The position numbers and the translations under genes are program-made. A stretch of 64,000 bases of DNA from Phoronis australis (Eukaryota; Animalia; Phoronida): positions 77,716 through 141,715 of the forward strand of contig NMRA01000511.1 in assembly GCA_002633005.1 (NCBI GenBank). The letters are read 5' to 3'. Shown here piece after piece: positions 12,460-26,289 of the stretch. The notes beneath the pieces were generated by a model. The model was given only the letters and a program-made list of their open reading frames with translations, was not told the origin of the DNA and made no database searches. Numbering within the stretch: the first letter of the stretch is position 1; each line of letters opens with the position of its first letter.

Positions 12460-12727
12460 TGTGGAGGATGCAGATGTCGAACTCGCCAATTTCACTCATA
12501 CCTTCCACCCCTACATATTTCTAGATCACGTAATTCCCACTCTCATACCTTTGAGAGATCATACATTCGCACTGCGTACTATGCTAACTCTTTCTTCCCA
12601 TCTACCATTCACAATTCATCATCTCGTCAGAAACAATAGAGATGTTCTCAGGTCACATCTTGAGCATCAATCTTACACAGTAAACAATAAAACCTGTTTT
12701 TATCCAGGCTCTGTTGTTATTTCCACA
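12460..12727 (+). mobile_element. Possible solo LTR
   Basis: TGTGGA...TCCACA termini and an AATAAA ~40 nt before the end. No matching TSD. Confidence 0.35.
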
Positions 12728-13276
12728 GTCATGCACAGTTCAGTTTATTATTAACATGCGCCAAAATGTAAGGATCGATATTACAATTGTAAATGGAAAG
12801 AAGAAGCAAATTCTTGTGCAGAAAACGTGAAACGAACAGAGGATGATCAATTTAAACTCCAGGTATGTTTTTGAACTATTGTGAACGTCACACATTTCAC
12901 AAAATTTCTTTGACAACCGCCGCTTGCAAAAACTGCAAGCAAAGCCAGCACTTTTGCAATGTTGTGTGATTACATAACCTCGGTAATTACAATAGTGTAC
13001 TGCTTATGCAAGTACAAAATAATGTCAAAAGGTGTCGAATATGGGTACATTAAAGTATTCATGCTGTTTCTGGCACACTGTTTTTCACATTTTATTCTAT
13101 CAATAATGAAGTCCCAGGCCAGGGTTAGTGGCCTCGCCCTCGCTCGCCTGTGCTTTGTTTGCCAAGGTTTTCTCGCAAGAATGAATTTTTATTTTCCGCT
13201 ACGATACAAATATCCACATAGTTTGTACTTTAGATTAGGCACTTAGAATGACATTTTCAGAAAATAGTTTACTCAC

Positions 13277-13350
13277 CTGCGAAGAATGAAAGGGCACGAA
13301 ACGTGGTTAACATTCACCTTCTTGAAACATAAAGAATAAAATGGCGGCCC
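13277..13350 (-). promoter_or_regulatory. Probable non-coding first exon of the zinc-finger gene with a YY1-type motif
   Basis: Strong donor CAG|GTGAGT at 13276 and GCCGCCATTTT (plus strand aaaatggcggc, ~13338-13348). TSS not determined. Confidence 0.5.
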
Positions 13351-13964
13351 TTCCCAGAGTTCATTGCGCGGCGTCTCTAAAAAGAAGTTTTAATAATTAT
13401 CCAGTTTGTATACAACAAAGTTACTCCTTGATATCAATGTAGTAAACATTTAACATTAATATGCTTTTGATTTTCACTGATCTAGACATTTTCCAGTTTG
13501 TAACTATCACGGCACCACAGAACAGGTGAAGTCACAATCAATTTAAATAGACCTGTAGCGATGAAGTGGTTCTCGAGAGACAAAATCATCTACATATGAC
13601 CGACGCTCATCGGACTGAAAAAATGTCGATTTTCCCGCCGTTGAACTTTTGCTAGTTTGGCATTTAGTAACACGACCTGACATTAAAATATATGTTGTAA
13701 ATGGCGTCATACTAGACAATAGGCATTTTCAAGTGCAGCCAGAGGTGTGACTTGATTAGAACGGCAATTTTGAATTTATTTAGAGACAAAACTCCTATTT
13801 TACTCAGGCTGGCCATCCTTTTGAAATGGCGGCTTATTGGTGAAGTGCAGGGGCTGTAATCAGGATTTTAAAACTGACTTGTATCTGAAGAGATCAAAGG
13901 ATTTTTGAGCTAAGATGAAAACGACTGAAGTCGGAGACCGCTAAATATGTTGCTCATGAAAAAC

Positions 13965-14448
13965 ACGATGTTCAGCCTCAGTAACAGGCTAAAAACTGGT
14001 CATGTGAAAGATTCCTGGATCCCTCTCAGTGTTCAGCTCTATTAATGGTCTCTTCAAGTTCACCAGTGTTTATATACCAGGACACTGTGGCATCTCAGTC
14101 AACGTCAAGGCGGATGAGCTTGCAGGCATCGCAGAACCGATTGCCAACCTGCTCCTCACACCACGGCAGCAGATGTAATCTCCAGAGTGCGTGAATCGCT
14201 TGCAGATGCCAAGATTGTACGACAGCAGGAGAGATGGGCAACAAAGCGCCTCATAGAGCGAGGATGGCAATACGGAGATGCAGCAAAAACTCGTATCAGG
14301 GGAAAAGCGGTCGAAGAGTGTGTAACCAGCACGAGCTTGTTTGCATCTCCAAATTTACATTGCGTGCGATCACTGGAAGGAGGAGGGCCAGAGACTATCC
14401 CGATGCCTACCCTCTGACGTCAGTCACCACAGAAACAGAAACAGAAAC
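13965..14448 (+). mobile_element. 5'-truncated non-LTR retrotransposon 3' end (Ingi/I group) with RNase H relic
   Basis: YIPGHCGISVNVKADELAG (RNase H PGH..N..AD motif) at 14071-14127, then RLIERGWQYGDAAKTRIRGK..RRVCNQ with frameshifts, then a (CAGAAA)3 tail. Confidence 0.75.
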
Positions 14449-16059
14449 ATTGAAATATAATAACACAAATTTGAAAGTAAAACGTGTGATAGTGTGGACT
14501 TGAAATACGGGTAGTATAGTGAGATTTAATATGGAATGACGGAATTACTTTTCTTTTTTCAACGCGGGTTAAATACGGTTGCCTTATTTCTCGCCAAAAT
14601 TCCCACCTAAGGACACAATACACTACAACTAGTAGAAACATGATTATATATATAGCATCAGTTTGGGTTCAGCTCCGTGAGCAATATTTTCTGATGCCAA
14701 TACTATGATACGAGTACTGGAAACTAAACGATAAAGTGAAATAAAAATATTGTTGTCAATGGTTCTTAATAGATCTGAAATTTTGTTCCCGATTAGAACA
14801 CTTGAATCACAAAAAGTCTCTAACTTGCTACAATATATTTGGGATTAGGAAAGCAATATACATGTACATTACAAATGCATGCCTCCTTTTGGTCACCGGT
14901 TGCACTACACCAGTTGATATTCTTTACGGTCAAATACGAGTCAATTTTTAAATTCGTTCTCAAAACATTCAAAATACGCCGAGCCCAAAAGCAAAACCGC
15001 AAGTTCTTTAAACACTGTACTTTTGTCAATTTACGATAAACTTCGGAATACTTTCTACCTAAAAATAATAAGAACGTACCGCGCGCAAGGAGCATTTGTA
15101 AAAAGCGTCTGAACGTGCATCAGCCACAACCGTTTGGACCGTGGTCCTGCACAGATATTACTCAACGAAGTCAAGAAAAATCGTCAGAACAGGAAGCAAA
15201 CTTTAACTAAGAAATAAGATTTAGCTCAAACTCTGACGAAAATAACGAAAATAGCAGATATGCACCCCAAGCCTGTAGCTGCTGTAAAATACAACTTGAA
15301 CTGTCGTCTCATGCAGGCAGCAAAAAAAAACTCCATTCATGAAAATAGGCCTATTGCTTCGCCCTCGTTCAAATACTTTTGCACATCACGAATCTTGATA
15401 TAATAACCACTGGTACAAACACGTACGTTGTATAACCTATATTTAAAAATAATGGTGTAATTTCTGTTCAACAGCCAAAAACATTAAAATAAGAGATATT
15501 CATAATCCAGAAACACACATTTACTTGCGATGACGTAAGATTGAAAATCAGTAACCGCAAAATATATATATAAATACTAAAGCCGAGGTCAAAACAATTA
15601 AGTCTAAGAACTGTCGGACATCGTACAACAAAACTAGTCAGTGGATTTTCGTCAACCCATGAAAATTACATTACGTCAGTGGCGCTTTGATTGTTTAGGC
15701 AGTTGTAAATAATTAAACGTTTCTCAGTCGTAATTTTCAAAGTAGACTTCGAGTTCTGATTGGCGTAAATGCGTGGTTATCATTCCTTACAATGTGTTGC
15801 AGCCCAGTATCATGGCGGGCATTTATTTGGTGTTACAACTTCTGGTGCCAAGTGTCCAGATGGTGGGGAGTTTATTCAGAAAATTTCCTCTTAAAAGTCC
15901 ACTTTTAGCCACAAATACTCTTTTGAGAAGCATTTATCGTGTATAAAAATGAGAAGTGTTTGCATTGGCGTAGCCAAAACTATGACTTTCCGAAGAAAAC
16001 CATTTAAAGACTATTAAGGAAAGATACATACGAGTACGGTCTAAACTTCATGCATAAAC

Positions 16060-16410
16060 CTACGTGTCGTAGTACTCTATCTGGGCCGCGGTCGAGGATC
16101 TGGCATCACTCGCTTTAGAACGGAAGCAGTTTGTTCGATATTTATAAAATTTGCAAATATACTTATAAGGTGGTGAGTCCTTCATTGTAACACTGCTGTT
16201 GTGTGTAGTCGAAAAAAATACTTCGAAATGGGCCGAAAAAAGTGTGGCATCCGACTGAATCGCATGTTCCACGCTGACATCCCACACTCTCATGCAGCGC
16301 ACAAACCGATGCCATTTCTGTGCAGCTTTCGCATAATTACAAAATTTGAACACAGATACGTTCTTAGTCAAGTTGTTGTTACCACAGTCTCCACAAACCC
16401 ACCTGTTCAT
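16060..16410 (-). pseudogene. Degenerate THAP domain, likely from a non-autonomous DNA transposon
   Basis: MNRWVCGDCGNNNLTKNVSVFKFCNYAKAAQKWHRFV...DATLFSAHFE follows the THAP C..C / F-P / W / CSxHF pattern with substitutions. Confidence 0.65.
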
Positions 16411-17642
16411 GTCTGAAAGAAGTCGGCTCTCCACGGGCTTTCCTCACAACTCCGCACTGGTAAAAACAACGGCAGAGACCGTCTTCCATCCGTTGCTTAC
16501 AAACCCGATAACATAAAAAAAATACATTTTTTTAATTTTTGTTTTTTTTTTCTTAGGAACAGATGTACTAAAGGCTGTCAAATCTCTCAAGATACGTTAA
16601 TAGAATTTCTTTTGAGACACAGGGTCATAGTGGTCCTTTTGCGACATATCGCGTTACTGAAAAAATGGAAATGTCACAGTCGGAAAACTGATTTCGAACT
16701 TCCGCGTTAGGTCACGACTTCGACATGCGTCACTCCCCATCTCACCGTGGTTGAAAACTTGCCAGCTCGTTGAAAACAAAGTGGGTAAGGGGGTCATTTT
16801 CCACGGCTCTCTATTACTGCTAAATCAGGGCGTTTCCAGATGGTCCTGGCTGTTCTCAAGATCATCGTGTAATAGATAAACATGTAACGTTGGACATGCT
16901 CTTCCGTGTGTGTTTTTTCGGGTTTAAATTTCAATTTGCCTGTCCGTAGGACAACTGCGCACGCTCCGTTACTTTTGAAAACGCTTGTTTCAATCATTCT
17001 GATATTTTTGCTGGTGCACTCGTCACTATCAGATGGGACCGCAAGAAAATAAATAAGCTGTATTTAAAATACATGTATAATTAGAAAGATGCCCAGAAGC
17101 GACTTCCAGTAACCGTATGTATTATTCTCCTTCAATCAAGAGTTTCCAGGATAAACGGCAGTTTTTGTATAAATGGCGCAGGCTTGCATCCAGAGGAGGG
17201 GTTGGAGGAGGTGGAATCTCTTGCTCAGCTAATTTCGTATTTTTATTGATGGAAGAAACAAACCGGCATCTGGTCCTTACTATTCCTTACTGTTGCCATG
17301 TTGATGATTGGTTTCCACAAAATAATTTCAATCAATCAATCGATCAGCTTTATTTATGATTTTCGTTCAAGGAAATCGCCACGACTGGCACGTATTTGTT
17401 TTTGAGTGTTTCATGAATCAGTTTCGCGCAGTAAGCGATCACGTGATGCCTATGGCGTCGGTTCCTAATAAACACGTGACGAGTAGGCAGAGGAGGTAGT
17501 CCCTTCACCTGCGGTACCTGAAAACATAAAATCGACGCTTAAAGTGATGATAATTTTAAAGTGATTTTTGTAGGGTATGACGTCCATATACAAGACCAAG
17601 TATAAGCTCGATATAGATGCACCTTTATTTGAGCCCAAAGAC

Positions 17643-17710
17643 CATGGGTGGTGCAGCACTGAACAAAATGGCAGTATAGCCCCCAGCCCCCTATGGTGCA
17701 CCGCCTATGA
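17643..17710. mobile_element. Tiny MITE, copy 1 (CATGGG(T/C)GG(T/C)GCA-type TIR)
   Basis: catgggtggtgca...tgcaccgcctatg; related copies at 19499-19567 and 19571-19629. Confidence 0.6.
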
Positions 17711-19117
17711 TATTACTACAGAGAGAACTACTTCATACACAGAGGGTGTTGTTACCACGGTGGATAATGATAGGATACTACCACAAATTTCTCAAAACAA
17801 CATATATAAAATGGAGTTCAAGGTACCGCGTGTGCATTACATCTAACAGAAATTGTAAACGTGTTATAAACCCCTACTTTGTAAGAATAATTATTAAGGA
17901 ATGTAGGTCACCCTTTTGGTCATTTTACGATACCAGTTGTCAACCAAATTGGTCTGATTTTTTTACTAATAATAGAAAATCGATGATTTCCTTTGAGGAG
18001 TTATCCATATTTTTATTTGTCAACAAAATGCCCCAATCATAGAAATACTTGTCAAAGCAATGATTAAAATACAGACAGGCCAACAAACTTATTCTTTTCT
18101 GAATGCTCGAATAAGCTATAAATGGAATACTTTTTCTTCGCTGTTGCATGCAGCCAACTTTGTAGCGGTAAACTGGTCGAAATTAAACTTCCGTTTTGTA
18201 GCCGCTTTTCAATGACATCTAGCGCAATGTTACTGTAACGTATGCGCACGCATGAGGCTGAAGGCATCTACATTTGTGTATATGTACGTACATTTTTACA
18301 AGAAGCTGTGCCTATATCCAGACATAAGTGCATCAGCCTATATGCTAAACGTTTGAGTAAAATCGAGGTACAGTTTTTAAAACAAGCTTTAATTAAAATC
18401 AAAATTAACTTCTGCGTTGAAAACGAGTGCAGATGTTGAAAGGAACCTAACTCGCCATGTTTCAGAAGAATAAACAGTACTAAAACGTACAAAAGCACCC
18501 GGTGTAAGACCTACACGTTAACAACACACTGTGTCCAAGTGGGCCTACTACGAGGCGTACACAGTCAAAGTGTGATGAAACTGACTTGTTTAAAATAATG
18601 CAGAAACATTCAGACATTTCTAAGGTTGCCCAAAGACGACATCGCGCTTTTCTTTTTTAATTATCTCAGGATCTCGAGATCCCGGGATGAACAGGAGGGC
18701 CCACAACGCGGGGGCCCGTGGCAGTTAAGGGGGCCTGTCGGTGAAGGAAAAAACACAAAAAAAACGGCAAAACAAAAAACAAAAGTTCCAAAGGTTTGGG
18801 CCGGTCGGCCTCAGTTGGAGAAGGATAATAACACAGAAACCCACGAGGGGCCTTCAAAATTTGACAGCAATGACAACTTTTACGTTTAGAACTTCCATCT
18901 GTCAACAGTCCAGATAACATGAACTTAGATTTATCACTCCACAACAGATTTACGTGTCTGATGGGAAAATTCTAAAGATACTTTTCCGCTTAAAACTGCA
19001 GTACTACTAGTTTTGGTGGCTGAAAAAATAGAGCTCTTACTGCTATAAATTTTCCAACAATTATTCAGACATCGATGATGTGATTGATTTCATTGACTGA
19101 CAAATATCGATGTCAGT

Positions 19118-19629
19118 GGCCGGTTGCATGAAACAATCCCAAATAGGGACTCAACTAAATATTTTTGAGTATTTGTGTCTTTATGGACGCACAGATGCAA
19201 TATTTTTCTATCATTTCTTTTTTATTATGAACTCCTCTTAGATTAATGACATCTTATAATAATAATAATACTAAAAATTGAGCCCGGATTTCATTGAAAT
19301 AAATAGGGTGTTGCATGAAAAGAGCGATAATTGTTTTCGATAATATTGACAATTCAAAGTAGAATATACTCTCGATTTGTGTCAAAGTCAAAAGTTGACT
19401 TGACTTAATGATGAAGATAAAATAATACAAGAAAGGGCAATCGATGAATTCATAAGTTCAAAAATACGCAGTAGATTTAGGTAACTTTGTTGAGTCCCTA
19501 TGGGCGGCGCATCAATGAAAAAGTGGGGGACTAAAACCCCTCAGCGACCTGTGGTAAACCGCCCATAAACCATGGGTGGCGCAACACTAAAAAAGAGGGG
19601 CTATAGCCCCCTATGGTGCGCCGCCCATG
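19118..19629. mobile_element. MITE (ggccggttgcatgaaac-type TIR) whose right end is interrupted by two tandem tiny MITEs
   Basis: The left TIR 19118-19157 is complementary to the family right end seen at 23755-23792. Shared aaatacgcagtagattta at 19462 and 23728. Tiny MITEs at 19499-19629. Confidence 0.55.
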
Positions 19630-22600
19630 CCTGCGCGAGATTCGCAACAAAGTACATAAGAATGTAGTCGTTGCTTTACATTACGATGTAATTTGGAAGA
19701 TTACCGTTTTGATTGCTATCGATACGTACTTCTGTCGTCATCCGATTCCGAATACGAGTCGTAAAATCGGTAGCTTCTAAACACTGCAAATAAATGAAAC
19801 CCGATGATTTACTCGATGGATGAACACAGACAAACGAAAGTCTGTAGACCCACTTGCGTTTATTGTAGGATTGCTAAGGCTTGAAATTTAGAAAACGATA
19901 TTAGAAGAACGACCTGTTTACATTTGAAACTCTTTTTTGCGTTCACCTAGCTCTAAGTCAAGGATAGACAACTACCTGTTTAACGTCTTACACACTTATT
20001 CAACAATGATACACACTTATTCAACAATGACTTTCAAAATAGGCTTGGCACTTGTCATGTGCAAAATACGAAAAATGAAAGATTATCTCATCAAAGATCA
20101 AAAGTAGACAATCGGAAGAAGCAGCTGCGTCCCAGTGTGTCGGCATAAAATGAGCTTCAAAGTATTGGCGGGATATACAGATACACATCCTGTTGTTCAA
20201 AGGTTGTAGAATTGTTTCAGTACATTGGACCTTGGCGCGTGAAGTTGTAACAAAAAGCGGCAATAAACAAGCATTCAACCGAGGAAGCTAACTTTGTACT
20301 TACACAATTCGTTACGCTAAATATGGGTCTTAACTTGGTTCTTACTTAGATAAGAACTTATTTTTGGTCTTGCTGACTGTTCGCCATTGTTCGAGACCAT
20401 GATCGATAAAAAAGACGGCGTGGCAAGTCAACTTACTAAATCAATGTTTCAAGTAACAATGAGCTGTCAGTTCTTTGTGAGACCGGAAATGACACCTATT
20501 TTGACAAAGGAACAATCTGAGACGAGTTTGATAACAATAAGCGGTCTTTGTCACAAATGTTTAGTTTATTATATTTTAAATAGATTAAATAAGCTTTTGT
20601 ACCACAAGATGGCGCTCGAGAGTTTTTAGTGGTTTTGGACATGGACGACAGGTTCACTCGGCACCGACAATCCAAACTTTGTAGATTGCAACATGGAAAT
20701 ATGAAGAATATGTTTTGACAGAAACTCTGTTGACGTCAAAACGAATTGATTTCTAAGTGAAAGTCACATCTGTTACCAAAGGTAAGACTGACCGCTGCAA
20801 ATACACAAACGTGGAAATTTCCGTTAACCACGATACATAAGCGGAAACGACAGCCATTACCGAGAGGCGTGCTCGTACACTACACTTCTCAAAATGGGTG
20901 GTCATTCCCGAGTTCCATCCCAGTAGCAGCCATAACGGGTGGGCACATATACATTATAATCAATTGCTGCATTACCCAAATATTTAGTGCGCACGTTTTA
21001 AAAATCGTCAAATAATCAGTGGAAGCGTCTCACATCCGTGATTGCATGGCCACGTCCATCTGGAATACCTCGGGTATTTCCGTAACGTCAGTTTCAACCT
21101 AGGAGGTGTTTCATGTCTGTGCAGGGTGCAAACTTTAACCAAACAGCAAATAGACCAAGAAACGGTCAAAAGCCATGACTTAGAGTACGACGTCTTTCTC
21201 AACCGCCCCGATCGCCTCCTTAAACGTAAATATTGTTAATTTTTGTTATTTTTGAGGGGGGATTAAAGCTGAAGCCTTCTAAAAACCTTCCTTCAATCAC
21301 CACTTGCCCTTAGGAGATTAGTCTCAAGTTGTTCTTTTCTCAAACTGGAAGTAATGTTATCGTTCCAAAACACTAACCAGGTTCCGCAGACCGGCTCACT
21401 CATGGCCTTGTCATTGAATGCTTCTAATCATTTCTTGAGTCCACTGCCAGTTCGCTATGATAGCGAACTGGCAGTTATTTGTACATCCATAACGCACTTC
21501 TAACTTGAATAAGGAACAAGGTGGGGCCACTTCAATAGCGGAAAGTGTTCTAAATTACAGATTCGGAGACAACGAGATAAATGTAGCTCACGGTTTGGAG
21601 CTTCCTTAACGGAACCCGTGTTTATGTTACGTCAGCCATTTTGTAAGTCACGTGACTTGCTGAGAGGAGTAGAGTTAGAACATATGCAGATATGAAACAC
21701 TTCCGAGGGGGATTTTAGGTTACGAACATACAAGAGAAGTTCCGGATGGGTCTTGTCTGGTTTCTTCAAGCTCGCGAGAAACTAACGGAAATGTCCGCAG
21801 TTCCCATAAGGTGGCACTGAACAGTTAGACTGCGGCCGCGGCCAATTTGCACTCCCCAAAATATTAAAATCTAGGGGTACGCCAGGCTTGGGGGCATTTT
21901 TTAGTTAGGTATTGTATGTAGGCAAAGTGAATTTGGTTTGTTTGTATTTGTGAACATGCTGAGAATTAAAAAAAGGCCACTTTCTTGGCTGTAGTTGCAC
22001 TCTTCTTCAAGATGGTGGCCCCCTGTTGCAGTTGTGCATTGCTGTGTATCAACTGAGAAATTGGCCGCGATTTCAGGTAGTCCTCTAACAAGCCAGATTT
22101 GCAAAAAAACTAGTTGGTTGACAATACTTTTGGACCACATTTTTGGAATTGGTAGGAAATTTGCTTTCGGAATCTAATGTTGGCTTTAGTCGATCATCGG
22201 CAGAGAAGTGGTGGTTTTGGGGTGAAATGTGCCGATTTTGTATTTTTTGTCCTTATTTTTCTTAGTCTAGCTTGGTTTCCACTGGGAGTGAAAGGGTCAA
22301 AAATACAAGAGAGAACAAAGATTTTGTGCTCATCTGTAGGGATTGTGATGTGAAATGACTCAAAACGTTTCTTTATTTGCATGCAGTTTTTGACAGAGTG
22401 AAGAAAGGGTGAAGAGTACATTGACGTGTGTTCTGATAGGCAAATCCCTGTGTGAACTGTTCAGTCCCTCCTAAGCCATTTTACGGATAAACGAAAACAG
22501 GCGCGTACGCATCCCATGATAGATATTTTAATGATATGGTTACTTTTCACCATCTGTTTCAGGATAATGGGAAAGTTTGGCGTTTCATCTTTTAATCAGA

Positions 22601-23122
22601 TGCAGCTGTGACACCTCTCTCATATCGAGGTCAAACCTTCCCACATAGCGGTCCCAACGCCACATCGGCCCCCGGATTAACAGAAATGACTGTCAAAATG
22701 AACACAATTACCTTCGGGGACTGGTCCAAAGATCCAACACATCGAAGACAAGATGAAGAAGAAGAGAAGAGCGGAAGAAATTGCTATGGACAAAATCTGA
22801 ATGTCGGAACCATCAAAGACTTTCACTTCTACTTTCACGCTTTCCACTGGAAACAACGAGTCAAACATGGCAGCTATAGGGTTCACTTTCAGAACGAGCT
22901 CTAAAAATCCTGACCGTGCATTGCGAATACTAGGCACATACATGTATGCATGTAAAATTGAATCGAGCAGCGTTTTTCTAAAATAAACCAAGGAATTGTT
23001 AGACGCTACCTGTTCAATTTGCTTAAAAATGACCTGGTTTATTGTATTGTTCTTAGGTCAACATTTATAAGAAATGACAATATGATAATCATATGATAAT
23101 TATAAGACTGTCAAACAGTTAC

Positions 23123-23213
23123 CAGATTCCTGAAGCGTGAGCACATCCGCTAATTGCGTCTTAATGTCGCATAATTTTCCTTCATACCCGTCGGGGCACC
23201 AACATGAAAAACT
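23123..23213 (-). CDS. EGF/FN3/mucin gene exon (end of EGF domain)
   Basis: cAG...G|GTAACT; SFSCWCPDGYEGKLCDIKTQLADVLTLQES; phase 0 to 1. Confidence 0.82.
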
Positions 23214-24527
23214 CTGCAGTGAGAAATTAAAACGGTTAAAATAACAATTTGACAGAACGAACGAAAAAGACGTGCTTACAGAATGCATACATGTACCATA
23301 GACGCCGAATGACGTACGGCGCTGCTGATGCTTGTGATATGCATTGTAAGACAGTTTTCGGTTCATAAACATCCGGTGACATCGTTTAAGTAACTTGCAT
23401 ATCCCGAATCTTGATATAATAGCCCACAACGTATTTGTTTCGTTCTTTATTCACAAATGTAATATTTTTCTATCATTCTATCTTTGTAATGAGCTTGTCT
23501 TTGACTAATAGAGTTTTCTAATAGTATAAGTAAATACTAAGCTCTTAATTATGTCAAAATAATTAGGGACTTAGTTCTTAAATTAGGGGCGGGGCATCAA
23601 AATATCCCAACTTATTTTCAATAGTGAGTTCAACGTACATGTATATTTAGAATTCACTTTCGTTGTCTTAGTAATGGTACTAAAATTGCGCAAGAATAGA
23701 CAATCGGTTTTCTCACAAGCCCGAGACAAATACGCAGTAGATTTAAGGAACTCGGTTGAGACCCTATTTGGAACTGTTTCATGCAAGCGAGCACACTCTC
23801 CCTCAGACGGAATCCACACAATTTTCATGAGAATTAGCGTACATGTATGCGCAAAAGCAAAATCGATGTTCAAAGCTGTAAAGAGCGCCAAGAATCAGAT
23901 GGCCTGGAAGTGGCCGATAAAGCTTTACCTTATGTGATTCAAATCAATTAAAGTCGTCCTAAACAACTTCCACATTTAGCAGTTACACAGATGCATTTAA
24001 AGTAACGTTACATATAATGAAAAACTCAAAATACGCAATATTGTCCAAAATGTGAATATTACAGTTATGAAGAAGAAAAAATCAAGAAAACAGTCATCTT
24101 AAGTTTGCCAACCAAGTGCATTTACTCGGCGATTATAGTCCAGCTACAGGTGTTGTAACCTAGCACTTTCCAAAAACCAGACTACTTCCATGTACCACAT
24201 GAATCTGAACTTTGCCACCGTAATTGAAACACAAGTTTCCCGCATGGACTTATAATACGGAAAAGATGTTTAATTTTACCAAGAGGCCTGAACTACTGGT
24301 ACAGGTACAGTATGCACGTTCAGTCTCCAGGGTAAGTGTTGTTGGGGAGTACTTAAACATGTCAGAAACTAGGTATTCAGTATTCCTGCAGTGCGTGGTA
24401 AGTGTTCGTGGACAGCGGAAAGGATCGCCACCTCGTGGTAAGTGTCCCGTTCCACGTGTTCTGCAGCCTGTAGCAAGGGATCAATTGGTTACCCTAAGGT
24501 TCACCTATGGTACAGTGTTGTACGTAC

Positions 24528-24642
24528 CTTAAACCAATCCGTGCACAGTGCCTGGTGCTTGCACGGTGACGATTTGCACTCATCGATGTCCACTTCACAT
24601 CGTGGTCCCTCGTATCCCGTAGCAGTGCAGTCACATGTAAAC
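24528..24642 (-). CDS. EGF/FN3/mucin gene exon (EGF end + calcium-binding-type EGF start)
   Basis: [38 protein letters not shown]; phase 2 to 0; donor AAG|GTACGT. Confidence 0.88.
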
Positions 24643-25572
24643 CTGCAGTATACAACAATGGACAGCGGGTTTTGAGTCAGAGAACATTTCTATGGGAGCA
24701 CTCTCACCTGGCAGTTTACGTCCTGGCTCCTTGGCGAGATACACGATGCAAAAAGTTCTTACTTTTTCAAATGCCTATTTTCTTTCCCAAACAGGTTTTC
24801 ATACATTAAACACATCAAATTGAAGAACATGTGCACAAGCACGCGATGACGTTGCACTACAGTAGCAAACAGGTCTTGGAACAAAGCTGTTTATAACACC
24901 ATGCTGTACAACGTTCGTAGTGACTTAAGGGTAATGCATAAAAAGTTGCTTTCTATTTCTTATAGTGGTCGGTGATAGAGGCAGCAGTCTTTAAACTTTG
25001 ACAAGTTGTTCGTAGAAACGCAAACGACTACAAAACTGTCTCATTTTATCAATATCTTCCAATGAGTAAATTATATTGGTGAAAACCAAGTAAACCTTAC
25101 TTTTAATATAGATTTTCAAATGTCTGACTACGCTCGTGAAGAGAAATTTCTGCCTACGAGTGTTTACATTACTTGGTTTGCCCAAGTACGTGTGCAACAG
25201 GTTTGGTAAGGCTTTGTGAAAAATGAAGAGAATCTGCTTCGTCAGAATGCCGGATCACATATGTACAGATGAGCTACATGGTAAGTGCCTCACACAATTG
25301 ATCGGCAACACATCATAGCCACAGGGGCTGCGCTTGTTTAACATGGAAAAAAGTATGGCGTCCCCATTGGAGGAGAACAGTTTTGACGACCAGAGTACCC
25401 TCAAACGTAGTAACTTTTGGAGTGTAAAAATTGTACGTGGCGAACAGGGGAATGCTTCAATTACTAGGTGACCCAAACTTATTATATATTGAGGCTGGAA
25501 CATTTAGATTGTAAATGTAAGTAGTAAAACAGGTCATCAGGAATATGCGCAGGCTTTGCTTCCGGTTCTTAC

Positions 25573-25657
25573 CCGTCTTCATTCTCTTTACATCGACCTT
25601 TGTTCTTACACGGGTTGGGCTGGCATCCGCGTACAGCTGGTGCATGTCCACTTATAT
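25573..25657 (-). CDS. EGF/FN3/mucin gene exon (EGF start)
   Basis: tttcAG...GG|GTAAGA; DISGHAPAVRGCQPNPCKNKGRCKENEDG; phase 1 to 2. Confidence 0.85.
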
Positions 25658-26289
25658 CTGAAATAGACGAACTGGTTGGTTCACGGACCTCAGGTTATAC
25701 CGTCTACACACTTTGCAATAACTAGTGGTGCTTTTATAACTAATACCTCCGTATAAGGGAGGCCTCTCTGTCGATGATAGTTGCACTCGACCAGTCAATG
25801 ATGAGGTTTTCTTAGAGTTGATACACATCAGAAAAACGATGTCACCCATGAAACGTGAAGAGGGCGGATATAAACTCGACGCAACATAAAACAACTGCAT
25901 GTCCACCAAGGGGTAGAAGATACGCCGGTATCACTCACCAGCATAAGTTTTATCACTGGTTGATGTAACCTCGGCAGTCATTAGTTAGCTTTTCAACAGA
26001 GAAAGGAAATGGCAGAGTGTGAACTATTTTGCTAACAAAGTTTTCTCCCTTCCGCAAATATTTCGTTTCTGCAGTTATGTTCAATAGCCGCGTGACTGAT
26101 TTAATCGGTGTGATATTCATACTTTGTAAAAATAGGGCAGTAACTTAAGCAAAAGTCAGCAACAGTAGAAAGATGCACACCGAAAAGGCGCAACCACAAC
26201 TTCCCGATACACATTTCTTGAAGATATCCCAATTAAGCATCAATTTGTCTGCACAGAAGACACCTCATTGTTCTGGGAAAAATTGTGTG

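Noticed and set aside
22563-22904. Plus-strand exon-like segment after tgtttcAG
   Set aside because: Early stop codon, no recognisable domain and no partner exons.
25939-25990. Extra small exon of the EGF/FN3 gene (MTAEVTSTSDKTYA, donor GTGAGT)
   Set aside because: The nearest acceptor gives in-frame stops, and the flanking exons join in frame without it.
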